DNA from: a virus
IMG/VR virus record: IMGVR_UViG_3300029130_000018
Reading direction: 5' to 3' (one strand)
Length of the DNA stretch: 43,040 nucleotides
A program made the translations under genes and the position numbers. The notes below the pieces were generated by a model. The model ran no database searches. It was not told the DNA's origin and worked only from the letters and a program-made list of their open reading frames with translations. Below are positions 17,501-25,483 of this stretch, piece by piece. How positions within the stretch are numbered: position 1 is the first letter of the stretch; each line of letters begins with the position of its first letter.

Positions 17501-20500
17501 CAGGCTCTCCGCAACAGAGGGGGCAGACCTCGGGCTCAAGCCGGTGCAGTTTGCGAAGAGACAGTTCTGGTCAATGCTCAAGCCCGGCGAAATATTCCAC
17601 AAAGTGGGCGGCGAGCTTGAGCAGGCTTACAACGAGGTACGCAAGGGCGAAGACGTCAGAGCACGGGACGTTGTAACGGCGCGCTCGTTCTTCCTGCAGG
17701 CGGCCGAAAAGCACGGATACTTCTCTTGGGCGCTTGAGGAAAAGCACGATTTCGTCTCGGCTCAGGGCAGACCGTTCAGCCTGTCGCTTGATGATATGAT
17801 GTCCGTTTACGCTACCAGTCGGCGCGAGCAGGGCAAGAAACATCTTGAGGCGGGCGGCATAGTGTTCGGCAAGAACGGAAAGATAAAGGTCAAGAAAAAG
17901 GGCGTCACGCTGACGATGTCGCAGATCAAGGCGCGGGCATACACGCTCGACGAACAGGTGCTCGACGAGATCATAGGCAAGCTCACGCCGGAGCAAAAGG
18001 CTTTCGTAGAGGAGATGGAAAACTGGCTTTCCACAAAACCCGCCGAATGGGGCAATGAGGTATCGCGCGAGCTGTACGGTATAAACCTGTTCAAGGAGAA
18101 AGTCTACTGGCCTATCAAGAGCGCGTCGGAGTACCTGCAAAGCCGGAGCGGCGACAGCGACAATGTGAAAATCAAGAACAGCGGATTTACGCGCAGCACG
18201 GTCGAGAAAGCCAACAACCCGATATACATAGGCGGCTTTGTGGACACATGGAGCCAGCACGTATATGAGATGGCGACGTATCACGGCTTCACGCTGCCGC
18301 TTGAGGACTTCACGAGAATATTCAACTACGCGACCAGCGCGAGCGACATAGAAAACGGCGCGAACTCTGTCAAGGCGATGCTTACAAACGCGTTCGGCTC
18401 GGAAGCGCCGGTGCAGCAAATAGAACTCCTGCTCAAGGATGTGAACGGCAGCGCGCGGTCTGACCCCACGACGGAGCTGATGAACAAGGGGCTTGCGTTT
18501 ATGAAGAAGTACGCGGTCGCCGGTTCGCTGTCGGTATCAATTCAGCAGCCCTCGGCAATAGCCAGAGCAACGGCATATATCGACCCGAAGTATTTCGCCG
18601 GGGAGAAGATAACCGCCGAGAAGCATAAGGAGCTGTGGGAGCACATGAAGAAGTACGCCCCCGTGGCCGCCATAAAGGAAATAGGCTATTTTGATCAGGG
18701 ATTGGGCAGAAGCGCCCGCGAGTGGATGACCGCGCGGGAATATGGCGGACTTGCGGAAAAGGCGAAGGGTCTCGTGACTGACAGCAACTACCGGAGCGAC
18801 GTTATCATGGCGCTTCCGGGGCTGATGGACGAATTGACATGGTGCTCCATCTGGCAGGCGGTTGAGCGCGAAGTAGCGGACACGACAAACCTCAAAACCG
18901 GAAGCGAGGAATTCAACAAGCGAGTCGGTGACAGGTTCACGCAGATCATAACGGAGACGCAGGTCTACGACTCCGTGTTCTCCCGAAGCGCGATGATGAG
19001 GTCGAAGGATGTCGGTGTCAAGATGGCGACGGCGTTCATGGCGGAGCCGCTGACGAACGTCAACATGGTAGTTGACGCGATAGACGACTTCCGAAACGGG
19101 CGAAAGGCGCTCGGAGTGCGAAAGCTAGGTTCTGTTGTTGCTTCCATGCTTCTCAACAGCATACTCGTGTCGTTCGTTTATGCGGCGCGCAACGACGATG
19201 ACGATAAGAGCTACATCGAAAAATATATAGCTGCGCTGACCGGGGAGCTGAAAGACGGATTCAACCCGCTGACGTATATCCCCTATATCAAGGACGTTGT
19301 GTCGATAGTTCAGGGGTACGACGTGGAGCGCAACGACATGACCATGATTGCCGACCTCTGGAATGCGTACACCTCGCTGAAGAGCGACAAGAAGTCCACG
19401 TACAGAAAAATTGAGGACTTCGCGGGGCGCATTGCGCAGATATTCGGCCTTCCGCTCAAAAACGTGATGCGAGATATGCGGGCGGCCTACTACACATACG
19501 ACACCATCGCAAACGGCGAAGAGACGACGTGGCAGGGCGCGCTTCAGGCGGTTGCCGAGGGATGGACAGGAGAAAGCCCCTCAAACTCTGAGCAGCTTTA
19601 CGACGCGCTGGTGAGCGGGAACGTGAAACAGGCAGACAGGGTAAAGGCGCGGTTTGAGGACGAGAGCGCTGCGCAGGCCGCGGTGAAGAAGGTCATCCGC
19701 GAGAAATACGCGCCGACAGACGGCGGGAAGCAGAGCATAGACAAGCAGACCGCTATAAAGCAGTTACAGGACTACGCCGGAATGAGCAAGCAGGAGGCAG
19801 AAAAGCAGGTGGCCAAGTGGACGGTCTCTCTGGCGTATGGCTTCGAGTACGGCGACACCAAAGACGAGTACCTTAACGGCAACATAACCATAGACAAGGC
19901 GAAGCGCGTGCTTATGGGAGCCGGAGCGACGGACATGGAGGCGGACGCCAAGACGCTGCAGTGGAAGTTTGAGAAGGACACCGGCATAGCCTACGACGAT
20001 ATGTCTGACGCATACGTGAGCGGGGATATCTCGCGGAGCGATGCGGTGAACTACCTCGTCAAGTACGGCAAAACATACAGGGCGGATGCGGAAGCGACGG
20101 TTCAGCAGTGGCAGTGCGAGAAGGACACGGGCTTCAAGTACAGCGAGCTGAAGGATTTATATGTTGCGGGGACAATATCGGCGGATCGCGCGGCGGCGCT
20201 GCGGAGCAAATACGGCGGAGCCTCAGAGGACGACGCAAAGTCAACCGTGCTGCAGTGGCAGTGTGTCAAGGACACCGGCATTGAATACTCGGATATCCGC
20301 AAGGCGTACGAGGAGAAACGCGTCTCCGGCGAGGCCGTTGAAAACATGCTGATGAAGTACGGCGGCAAGAGCAAGGACGACGCCGCTGCCAGACGCGAGA
20401 AATACGACTTCACCATCGCAAACCCCGGAACCGAGGACATATCCGATGCGGCGGTGCAGAAGTACAACGAGTCCGTAGCGGCGGCAGGCATAAGCGGGAA

Positions 20501-20696
20501 GGATTATTATACATCGTGGCAGATGTACAACCGCACCGAATCGGACTATGACGAAAACGGCAAGCCGATAAGCTACTCAAAGCTTTACAAGATTGCGGCG
20601 TACATCGACAGTCTGAACCTGACCAATGCGCAGAAGGACGCGATGTTCTGCGCGTTCTATACCGCGCGGAACCTGCGGCGAACCCCGTGGCACTAA
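11544..20696 (+). CDS. Giant polyvalent protein (3,050 aa): hydrophobic Gly-rich region, HExxH module, PBECR-like nuclease module, ART-PolyVal-like module, long coiled coil, large conserved domain, four C-terminal repeats
   Basis: A single uninterrupted ORF with an RBS. Motifs AAHEMTHF, IQKIFKDHGN...VTEDDVAAIPEIL and PEQIKSAEPVVYDDNGKVIPLSERFN. See findings. Confidence 0.85.
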   Translation: MAYNPFRDGKQTQSTQTGRVNPFRQTSADRSDRERVMRNWQSDAEQHGILNNPQYTDEGKAYQQMAQEYAKYGTQYQNQLKQGMTGRQWAADTARRLEELTQQQRAAQQTERRRQDADAIGDPGLWVTTTEQYDALPEARRQEEARRAKQRPAVSLADYDKRIAELRKEKEWADYFAEAGLRDEQGYTRGVISGRTAYDGAADKRRRIAELENRLVTLNQNSGWASTVEQSDEIERERNAIQQELESLGAGYKNAQQADYATSWRNGVRDNWTDEERSNFYYLYNDNKDEAQAYARRINDRYAYSDAQAKKEKVGEWASQNFWTGLAGTAASVGMTMTSLADTLDRTKEYAATGDVSAKSGLTPADIGMAMTSAIASSLNKKSGTINDNVWVIGGKGLGDLYETGVSILNSLASVYMLGGVGTYANFFGQASKTAYEEGIQRGLSVDKALTYGYASGVAEVAGEMFSIEHLIKMKNPSSLKGIIKNIFVQGGIEASEESATTLMNTISDAIINGDKSELASNYYALIQAGYSPADAEKIVIADWTQGVMYDALGGFVSGVASAGVHSTVQGGMTYKGDAQELIDYAKSEGADTAAGKRAQKYEKRVQSGKRMTNYQAGTLTELAQEAVVSKDLDNIREAVGKRLAALGENSSALTEAVVRQAVQQEAKATDISVPKVTEKQRGLIQNSKAAKRVLSEMDIGNMRMETAAELSGHDGSQYQRSNEWARDIGTRIIAPGEYGVRSTNTVTAEEKRADVKVGDESGKVVGFKDGMARVEVTENGKSTIREVKPDDVQQLPKQTRRLFDEISRYDGDTQAAMYAAYMPGQDIEAYVQAADTAMNLYGAQTKATLEQARSFGKATFRMLSDAQLDALMQAGRKLAEQRKAAAERTGESKGEVKQGKVSYDGGEADGRKLKAPSKEAIDRMSDAEKTLAEALTATGVNVVFYESEANAEGRYSGAQGMYYNGTVYLDVNAGMNSVESGQRTIVLTAAHEMTHFIRENSEAGYIALREFITDRLMQQGLDIKELVTQKRARESRELSYDEAVEEVIADACETVLTEPTAIRQLASDNMPLAKKIRKWLNDFFGKIKSAFAGLEAVHDEAKAMTEYMDELRAMWDDALADAVRNRANKNAAENGDGAKYSLRSYSEQQLRNWENSKRIVVYSSEAQLREFIKDARAGRIGGRKMYFGMVPQNLAQKIMSETGINVDGYNCSLSAYEIQKIFKDHGNAATERLRGQRAVTEDDVAAIPEILQNADTIVPSDKKYNGKPAIQFTKNGNGKVTLVAVVSDKHLDLFVQTMYAGIKKGNLATPTGEQAPINTPEASRSTVSNNSIRSSSENSNTKIKKSERDAEYLSAVKRGDLETARSMVNEAAEDAEYDITAYHVSMNGAFNVFDRNRLGENTVDYADDAATAATAYLGFWFSDHDVSKPTRSYGMIPGDARQFRLKAEILYPIALQTLHDELLNEYISEDAIEQYSAGEYSAIREAAEEYAAELQRRGYSGLEVWDSELGGTSYVMFDPEQIKSAEPVVYDDNGKVIPLSERFNSKSRDVRYSNRDVDLTAKYPQLNLNEDISELDGVPAIELTDGSVLPITERDGRYPTHVSFIEANRIDVDDLKSGGWIGNGVYDPSLTSDTQRYIERQQARKRVAELTGKQYEQFRYSMRDDAMTDRELLARALDSVAATESERKILAQYRTEFDRYQELYDKLDDAQIEYSAARRAVDDAYAQAKRSKLTAEERRRTESAWRERIGALKATQQETREARDKLLKEVDAQDRKLLKLRAMNPVKDMLSRARADMRETIKARQSKTDTRAKVRDMAKKLSDLLLKESKEKHVLLELQKPVAEVLDMLNLDTVNAAERVAKYDAAIAKTTDPEIKRELAETRDRIQAQGDRLKTRLDALHTAYQAIANSADPTVANGYDENIAAKMQEVSQLVGDTPLVKMTQEQLDAVHDLLKMTYTVVSKANKAFVLNQKAGIEERAQAEIDRLSATEGADLGLKPVQFAKRQFWSMLKPGEIFHKVGGELEQAYNEVRKGEDVRARDVVTARSFFLQAAEKHGYFSWALEEKHDFVSAQGRPFSLSLDDMMSVYATSRREQGKKHLEAGGIVFGKNGKIKVKKKGVTLTMSQIKARAYTLDEQVLDEIIGKLTPEQKAFVEEMENWLSTKPAEWGNEVSRELYGINLFKEKVYWPIKSASEYLQSRSGDSDNVKIKNSGFTRSTVEKANNPIYIGGFVDTWSQHVYEMATYHGFTLPLEDFTRIFNYATSASDIENGANSVKAMLTNAFGSEAPVQQIELLLKDVNGSARSDPTTELMNKGLAFMKKYAVAGSLSVSIQQPSAIARATAYIDPKYFAGEKITAEKHKELWEHMKKYAPVAAIKEIGYFDQGLGRSAREWMTAREYGGLAEKAKGLVTDSNYRSDVIMALPGLMDELTWCSIWQAVEREVADTTNLKTGSEEFNKRVGDRFTQIITETQVYDSVFSRSAMMRSKDVGVKMATAFMAEPLTNVNMVVDAIDDFRNGRKALGVRKLGSVVASMLLNSILVSFVYAARNDDDDKSYIEKYIAALTGELKDGFNPLTYIPYIKDVVSIVQGYDVERNDMTMIADLWNAYTSLKSDKKSTYRKIEDFAGRIAQIFGLPLKNVMRDMRAAYYTYDTIANGEETTWQGALQAVAEGWTGESPSNSEQLYDALVSGNVKQADRVKARFEDESAAQAAVKKVIREKYAPTDGGKQSIDKQTAIKQLQDYAGMSKQEAEKQVAKWTVSLAYGFEYGDTKDEYLNGNITIDKAKRVLMGAGATDMEADAKTLQWKFEKDTGIAYDDMSDAYVSGDISRSDAVNYLVKYGKTYRADAEATVQQWQCEKDTGFKYSELKDLYVAGTISADRAAALRSKYGGASEDDAKSTVLQWQCVKDTGIEYSDIRKAYEEKRVSGEAVENMLMKYGGKSKDDAAARREKYDFTIANPGTEDISDAAVQKYNESVAAAGISGKDYYTSWQMYNRTESDYDENGKPISYSKLYKIAAYIDSLNLTNAQKDAMFCAFYTARNLRRTPWH

Positions 20697-20703
20697 TACG
20701 CGG

Positions 20704-20735
20704 ACACACTGGGAGAAATCCCAGTGTGTTTTTAT
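20704..20735 (+). terminator. Rho-independent terminator
   Basis: ACACACTGGGA-GAAA-TCCCAGTGTGT followed by TTTTTAT. Confidence 0.8.
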
Positions 20736-20756
20736 ATTTTTTTGAAAAATTTTCGC

Positions 20757-20800
20757 GTTTTGGGGTTAGAGAAATGAGAGCGGGATTTGTTATCATAAAG
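20757..20800 (+). promoter_or_regulatory. Conserved late-operon motif, copy 2 (GGGTTAGAGAAA-N8-GGATTT-N2-TATCAT)
   Basis: Same blocks and spacing as 3483-3525. It precedes the scaffold and capsid genes. Confidence 0.45.
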
Positions 20801-20846
20801 CTAAGAGTCGTGGGCTTAACCCAGAGAATAAACAAGGAGGCATCCT

Positions 20847-21872
20847 ATGCACACAAAATTTGACTTCGACCTCCAGCTTTTTGCCGAGGGCGGCGCACCC
20901 GCAGGCGAGGGCGGAGGAGAAGCAACGGGCGAAAGTACTGCCGACGCCGGGCAGAGTTTTGAAGCAAGACTTGAGGCCTTGAACGTACCCAAAAGCAAGA
21001 TAAGAAAGGGCGCATACAAGAATGCCCCGACACCCGCGGCACCTGCACAGCAGGAGGAGCCGCACGAGAAGGAGCCGGAGCAGGAAGAAAGCGGAGCCGC
21101 CGTCCGCAAGAGCTGGGATGAGGTCAAGGCAGAGTACAAGGCGGAATTTGACGCAGAGATGCAGGGCACGATCAAAAGACGGCTGAAGAACAGCGACGCA
21201 GAGCTTGAGACACTGCGCGCGAAGGAAGCCGCGGCCGCGCCGCTGTATGACTATCTGGCCAGCCGCTACGGACTCGATGCCGCTAACCTGAACGTGGAGG
21301 AGCTTATACAGAAGTTCCGCGAAGACGACGCCATGTTCGAGGAGGACGCGGCGAGAATGGGGACAGACGCAGGCACGGCCAAAAAAATGATTCTGGCCGA
21401 ACAGGACGGCAAGCGCAAGGCGCGCGAAGATGAAGCCAACCGGCAGGCACGGCAGAAGGAACTGGAGGACGCATTCAAGCGTCAGCAGGCTTCCAGCCAT
21501 TTCGACGAGCTGCGTAGGCAGGGCGAGGAGCTGAAGAAAGAGTTTTCGGACTTCGACCTTGCGGCAGCAATGAGCGACGAAGCGTTCGTGAAATTCACGC
21601 AGCCGGGGAGCAACATAAGCGTACGCGCGGCGTATCTGGCACTGCATCCGGAGGTGCAGGAGCAGCGCGTGCAGCAGGCAGCAGCAAAGGCAACGGAGGC
21701 TGTTTCCGCTTCGGTCGCCGCCAACAGGGCGAGGCCGAGGGAAAACGGCAGTCAGGCCGCCACGCTTGCGACAAACGACCCCAGAAACATGACGAAAGAG
21801 GAACGCGCGGCACTGCGTAAGAGAATTTACGCCGCCGCCTACAACGGGGAAAAGCTCCCGTTAGGAGGCTGA
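20847..21872 (+). CDS. Scaffolding protein with a Prp-type N-terminal leader
   Basis: Acidic, coiled-coil, Ala/Glu/Lys-rich protein immediately upstream of the capsid gene. N-terminus MHTKFDFDLQLFA|EGG. Confidence 0.75.
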   Translation: MHTKFDFDLQLFAEGGAPAGEGGGEATGESTADAGQSFEARLEALNVPKSKIRKGAYKNAPTPAAPAQQEEPHEKEPEQEESGAAVRKSWDEVKAEYKAEFDAEMQGTIKRRLKNSDAELETLRAKEAAAAPLYDYLASRYGLDAANLNVEELIQKFREDDAMFEEDAARMGTDAGTAKKMILAEQDGKRKAREDEANRQARQKELEDAFKRQQASSHFDELRRQGEELKKEFSDFDLAAAMSDEAFVKFTQPGSNISVRAAYLALHPEVQEQRVQQAAAKATEAVSASVAANRARPRENGSQAATLATNDPRNMTKEERAALRKRIYAAAYNGEKLPLGG

Positions 21873-21895
21873 CCCCATGAGATGAAAGGAAATAT

Positions 21896-23008
21896 ATGAA
21901 CAAGTTTTTTAACCTTCAGTTTTTCGCCGACGCGGGTACGCTTGTAAACGCTACCGGCAACTATGTCAACGCGGGCACCGGCACGACCACCGCGTTTGAC
22001 GGCACCAACACCCTCGCACCCGAACTCAAGGCGTTCTACGACACCGAGCTGCTTGAGAACGCCAGAGTTGAGCAGTTTTACGCTCAGTTCGGCAAGAAGC
22101 AGCCCCTCCCCAAGAACCACAAGGGGCAGGTGGAATGGCGCAAATGGAACACCTTCGAGAAGGCATCCAAGCTGACCGAAGGCGTTATCCCCACCGGCCA
22201 GAAGTTCGGCGTCAGCTCGCTGACCGGCAGCATCGACCAGTACGGTACTTACACCTCCATCACCGACAAGCTGGAGCTTCGCGCCTACGACGACGTCATC
22301 CTCGGCGCGACCGAGGAGATGGGCGCTTCCGCCGCGGAGACGCAGGAGAAGCTGATCCGCGACGCGCTGCTCGTCGGCACCAACGTCCTTTACTGTGACA
22401 ACGTCGACAAGGATACCGGTGCGGTCATCGGCACTCCGACCAGCTGTGCGACTATGGGCGCAGGCGGCAGCTCTGCCAGCGGCGGCAGCTCCACTCCTGA
22501 CGGCTGGGCGCTGCTTACCCCCGCGATGATCAACAAGGCCGTGACCATAATGAAGAAGAACCGCGTCCCGCGCATCAACGGGCGCTACTACGCCGTCATT
22601 CACCCGTCCGTTGCGCATGACCTGCGCGAGAGCGACGGCTGGATCGAGGCGCACAAGTACGCCGCACCCGAGGAGCTGTTCAACGGCGAGATCGGCGAAC
22701 TGCACGGCGTCCGCTTCATCGAGGATGCGTTTGCCCCTGTTCTCGGTGGCACCACCTACAAGAACAAATCCGAGGGCGTGACCTACGCGACCTACTTCTT
22801 CGGCAAGGACTCCTTCGGTATCATCGACCCGGAGGGCGGCGCGCTGGAGATGATAGTCCACGACAAGGACGAGATCGGCGGACCGCTGAACCAGTTCAGC
22901 ACCATCGGCTACAAGTTCGAGACGAACGGTGCGACTATCCTCTATCAGGAGCGCATGCTCCGCGTGATGAGCGTGTCCACCTTCTCCGCAACTGACGCGG
23001 CCAACTGA
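21896..23008 (+). CDS. Major capsid protein, N4-gp56 family (HK97 fold), with a Prp-type leader
   Basis: ELKAFYDTELLENARVEQFYAQFGKKQPLPKNHKGQVEWRKW...LTEGVIP matches the N4-gp56-type pattern. N-terminus MNKFFNLQFFA|DAG. Confidence 0.9.
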   Translation: MNKFFNLQFFADAGTLVNATGNYVNAGTGTTTAFDGTNTLAPELKAFYDTELLENARVEQFYAQFGKKQPLPKNHKGQVEWRKWNTFEKASKLTEGVIPTGQKFGVSSLTGSIDQYGTYTSITDKLELRAYDDVILGATEEMGASAAETQEKLIRDALLVGTNVLYCDNVDKDTGAVIGTPTSCATMGAGGSSASGGSSTPDGWALLTPAMINKAVTIMKKNRVPRINGRYYAVIHPSVAHDLRESDGWIEAHKYAAPEELFNGEIGELHGVRFIEDAFAPVLGGTTYKNKSEGVTYATYFFGKDSFGIIDPEGGALEMIVHDKDEIGGPLNQFSTIGYKFETNGATILYQERMLRVMSVSTFSATDAAN

Positions 23009-23057
23009 CAACAAACCGGCGGGGACATTCCCCGCCGGAACCTGAAAGGAGATTAAC

Positions 23058-23309
23058 ATGGCAAAGAACACCGACATGGTTGAAGTAACCATGAACACCG
23101 ACATGGTTGAAGTAACCATACCGAGAGGCAGCGACAGGGGCGACCCGAACCTCTTCGTAGCTGTCAACGGCGTCAATTATATCCTGCCGCGCGGCAAGAA
23201 AAGCACCGTCCCGAAGTTCGTCGCGGACGAGATAAAGCGCAGCCAGGAAGCAGAAGACAAGTTCTATGAGACCAGAGACGATTTGAAACAGGAACTTCCG
23301 AAATTCTAA
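23058..23309 (+). CDS. Small head-associated protein (83 aa)
   Basis: GGAG RBS. Located between the capsid gene and a terminator. Contains an in-frame 27-bp duplication. Confidence 0.7.
   Translation: MAKNTDMVEVTMNTDMVEVTIPRGSDRGDPNLFVAVNGVNYILPRGKKSTVPKFVADEIKRSQEAEDKFYETRDDLKQELPKF
23067..23120 (+). repeat. 2 x 27-bp tandem duplication (NTDMVEVTM/NTDMVEVTI)
   Basis: AACACCGACATGGTTGAAGTAACCAT(G/A) occurs twice in a row. Confidence 0.95.
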
Positions 23310-23337
23310 CAGGCGGGCGGTAAACCCGCCTGTTTTA
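23309..23337 (+). terminator. Rho-independent terminator
   Basis: ACAGGCGGG-CGGTAAA-CCCGCCTGT followed by TTTT. Confidence 0.8.
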
Positions 23338-23347
23338 GGAGATACAC

Positions 23348-23713
23348 ATGACCGTACTTGAAATAATAAATAGGGCGGACACGCTTGAGCCGAACGCATA
23401 TTCGGCGGACGAGAAAATACGCTGGCTGTCAAACCTCGACGGGAAAATCTTCGAGGAGGTCATAAAGACCCACGAGGGCGGCGCGGAGAGCTTCACCCCG
23501 TACAGCACAGGCGACGAGGAGCTGTTGCTCGCAGAGCCGTACGGCGAGGACGTGTACACCCATTACATCGCGGCGATGATCGCGGCGGGAAACTCTGAGG
23601 CGAGCCGATATAATCAGCAGATAGCGATGTACAACGCGAACTACGGGCAGTGGTTCAACTGGTACAACCGGACGCACAGGCCACTGCCGAAAAGCAAACG
23701 CTTCGTGTTCTGA
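23348..23713 (+). CDS. Putative head-tail adaptor/connector protein
   Basis: 121 aa, the first gene after the capsid terminator. The function is inferred from position only. Confidence 0.6.
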   Translation: MTVLEIINRADTLEPNAYSADEKIRWLSNLDGKIFEEVIKTHEGGAESFTPYSTGDEELLLAEPYGEDVYTHYIAAMIAAGNSEASRYNQQIAMYNANYGQWFNWYNRTHRPLPKSKRFVF

Positions 23714-23722
23714 GGTAATAGT

Positions 23723-25483
23723 ATGCCGACATTCCCATATTTGGACGCGCAGACCACACAGCGCGACACGACAGACTCGTTTTACGGCTACAATCACCAG
23801 ACGAAGATAGGCAAAGGCGAATTCTACGAGACCCGGAACCTGAGCACAGACCACACGCCGATGCTTGCGCCGCGCAGGCCGCGCGGGATTACTGAAGTGA
23901 GCGGGGAGCTGCAAGGGATAATAGAGAAAGACGCGCTCGCGTACGTTGCGGGCGGAACGCTCTATTACAACGGCACTGCGACGCCCGTGACGGGACTTGC
24001 AAGCGGCTCTAAGCAGCTCGTAAGCATGGGGGCATATATAATCATATTTCCGGACAAGGTCTACTACAACACCGCAGACGGCGCAGACTACGGCAGCATA
24101 GAGGCGACGTTCAGCACGACCGGAAGCGTAAGTTATGCGCTGTGCCGCGCTGACGGCGACGAGTATACCACACCGACGATATCGGCAACGGAGCCGGACA
24201 ACCCGCAGAATCTTGACCTGTGGATAGACACAAGCTCCACGCCGCACGTGCTGCGGCAGTATGGCAGCGCGGCGGGAACGTGGGCGGAGATCGTGACGGC
24301 GTACACCAAGCTGACGTTCTCCACGCAGGGGCAGATACCGGCGCTGTTTGCGAAATACGACGGCGTGACCATCAGCGGCGCAAGCTTCGCTGACGCGAAC
24401 GGGGACAAGATTATCTATGCCGTCGGCGGCGAGGCGGGCAAGGTGGCGGATTATATCGTCGTCGTGGGGCTGCTGGAGCAGGCATACAGCGACGAGACGA
24501 GCGATATCACGATCAAGCGCAGTGTGCCGCAGATGGACTATGTCTGCGAATGCCAGAACCGGCTATGGGGCTGCTATTACGGCAACGACGGCACGCAGAA
24601 CCTCAACGAGCTTTACTGCTGCGCACTCGGCGACTTCAAAAACTGGCGGCAGTATCTCGGCCTCAGCACAGACAGCTGGACGGCTTCCGTCGGCTCGGAC
24701 GGAGTATGGACGGGATGCGTCAACTATCTGGGCAGCCCACTATTTTTCAAGGAAAACCGAATACACCGCATAACCGTGTCTTCGACGGGGGCGCACAGAG
24801 TAGCGGAGACGGTAGCGCGAGGCGTCCAGCGCGGGAGCGGCCGGAGCCTTGCGGTCGTCAACGAGACGCTGTACTACAAGTCCCGCGAGGACATATGCGC
24901 GTATCAGGGCGGCTTCCCCACGGGCGTAAGCGAGGCGCTTGGGCAGGAGCTGTACAGCGATGCGGCGGCCGGAGCCGTGGGCAGCAAGTACTACATTTCC
25001 ATGAAGGACAAGGCCGGAGGCTGGCATCTGTTCTGCTTCGACATCTCGAAAACGCTGTGGATGCACGAAGACGAGCTGCACGGCGAAGCCTTCGCGCGCG
25101 TGGATGACGAACTGTACTGCATTGCCGGCGGGAAGCTTGTCGGCCTGCTGGGCTACGGCGGAACGCGTGAGGCGGATGTCAGCTGGGAAGCGGTCAGCGG
25201 GATTATGTACTATGAGTACCCCGGCAATAAATACATATCGCGCTATGACATCCGGCTGAACATGGCGAAGGGCGCAAAGTTCGAGGTCTACATCGAATAC
25301 GACAGCACAGGCGTGTGGCAGCGCGGCGGAAGCGCGACGGCGTACAGGGAGGGCACGACAAGCTATATGTTCCCGATACGTCCGCGCCGCTGTGACCATA
25401 TGAGGCTCAAGCTGTGCGGCACCGGAGAGAGCCGAGTGTTCTCAATCGCGCGAATCCTGGAGATAGGGAGCGACTACCGATGA
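23723..25483 (+). CDS. Large virion/tail structural protein (586 aa, beta-rich)
   Basis: GAGG RBS and a repetitive beta-strand-like sequence (YYNGT, YYKS, YYIS, LYCIAGG). The call rests on position in the tail module. Confidence 0.7.
   Translation: MPTFPYLDAQTTQRDTTDSFYGYNHQTKIGKGEFYETRNLSTDHTPMLAPRRPRGITEVSGELQGIIEKDALAYVAGGTLYYNGTATPVTGLASGSKQLVSMGAYIIIFPDKVYYNTADGADYGSIEATFSTTGSVSYALCRADGDEYTTPTISATEPDNPQNLDLWIDTSSTPHVLRQYGSAAGTWAEIVTAYTKLTFSTQGQIPALFAKYDGVTISGASFADANGDKIIYAVGGEAGKVADYIVVVGLLEQAYSDETSDITIKRSVPQMDYVCECQNRLWGCYYGNDGTQNLNELYCCALGDFKNWRQYLGLSTDSWTASVGSDGVWTGCVNYLGSPLFFKENRIHRITVSSTGAHRVAETVARGVQRGSGRSLAVVNETLYYKSREDICAYQGGFPTGVSEALGQELYSDAAAGAVGSKYYISMKDKAGGWHLFCFDISKTLWMHEDELHGEAFARVDDELYCIAGGKLVGLLGYGGTREADVSWEAVSGIMYYEYPGNKYISRYDIRLNMAKGAKFEVYIEYDSTGVWQRGGSATAYREGTTSYMFPIRPRRCDHMRLKLCGTGESRVFSIARILEIGSDYR

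Noticed and set aside
11544-20696. The giant ORF as a tape measure protein.
   Set aside because: It lies upstream of the scaffold and capsid, not between tail chaperones and distal tail genes. There is no tail tube or chaperone frameshift pair. At 3,050 aa it would imply an implausibly long tail. It also contains enzyme-like modules (HExxH, PBECR-like).
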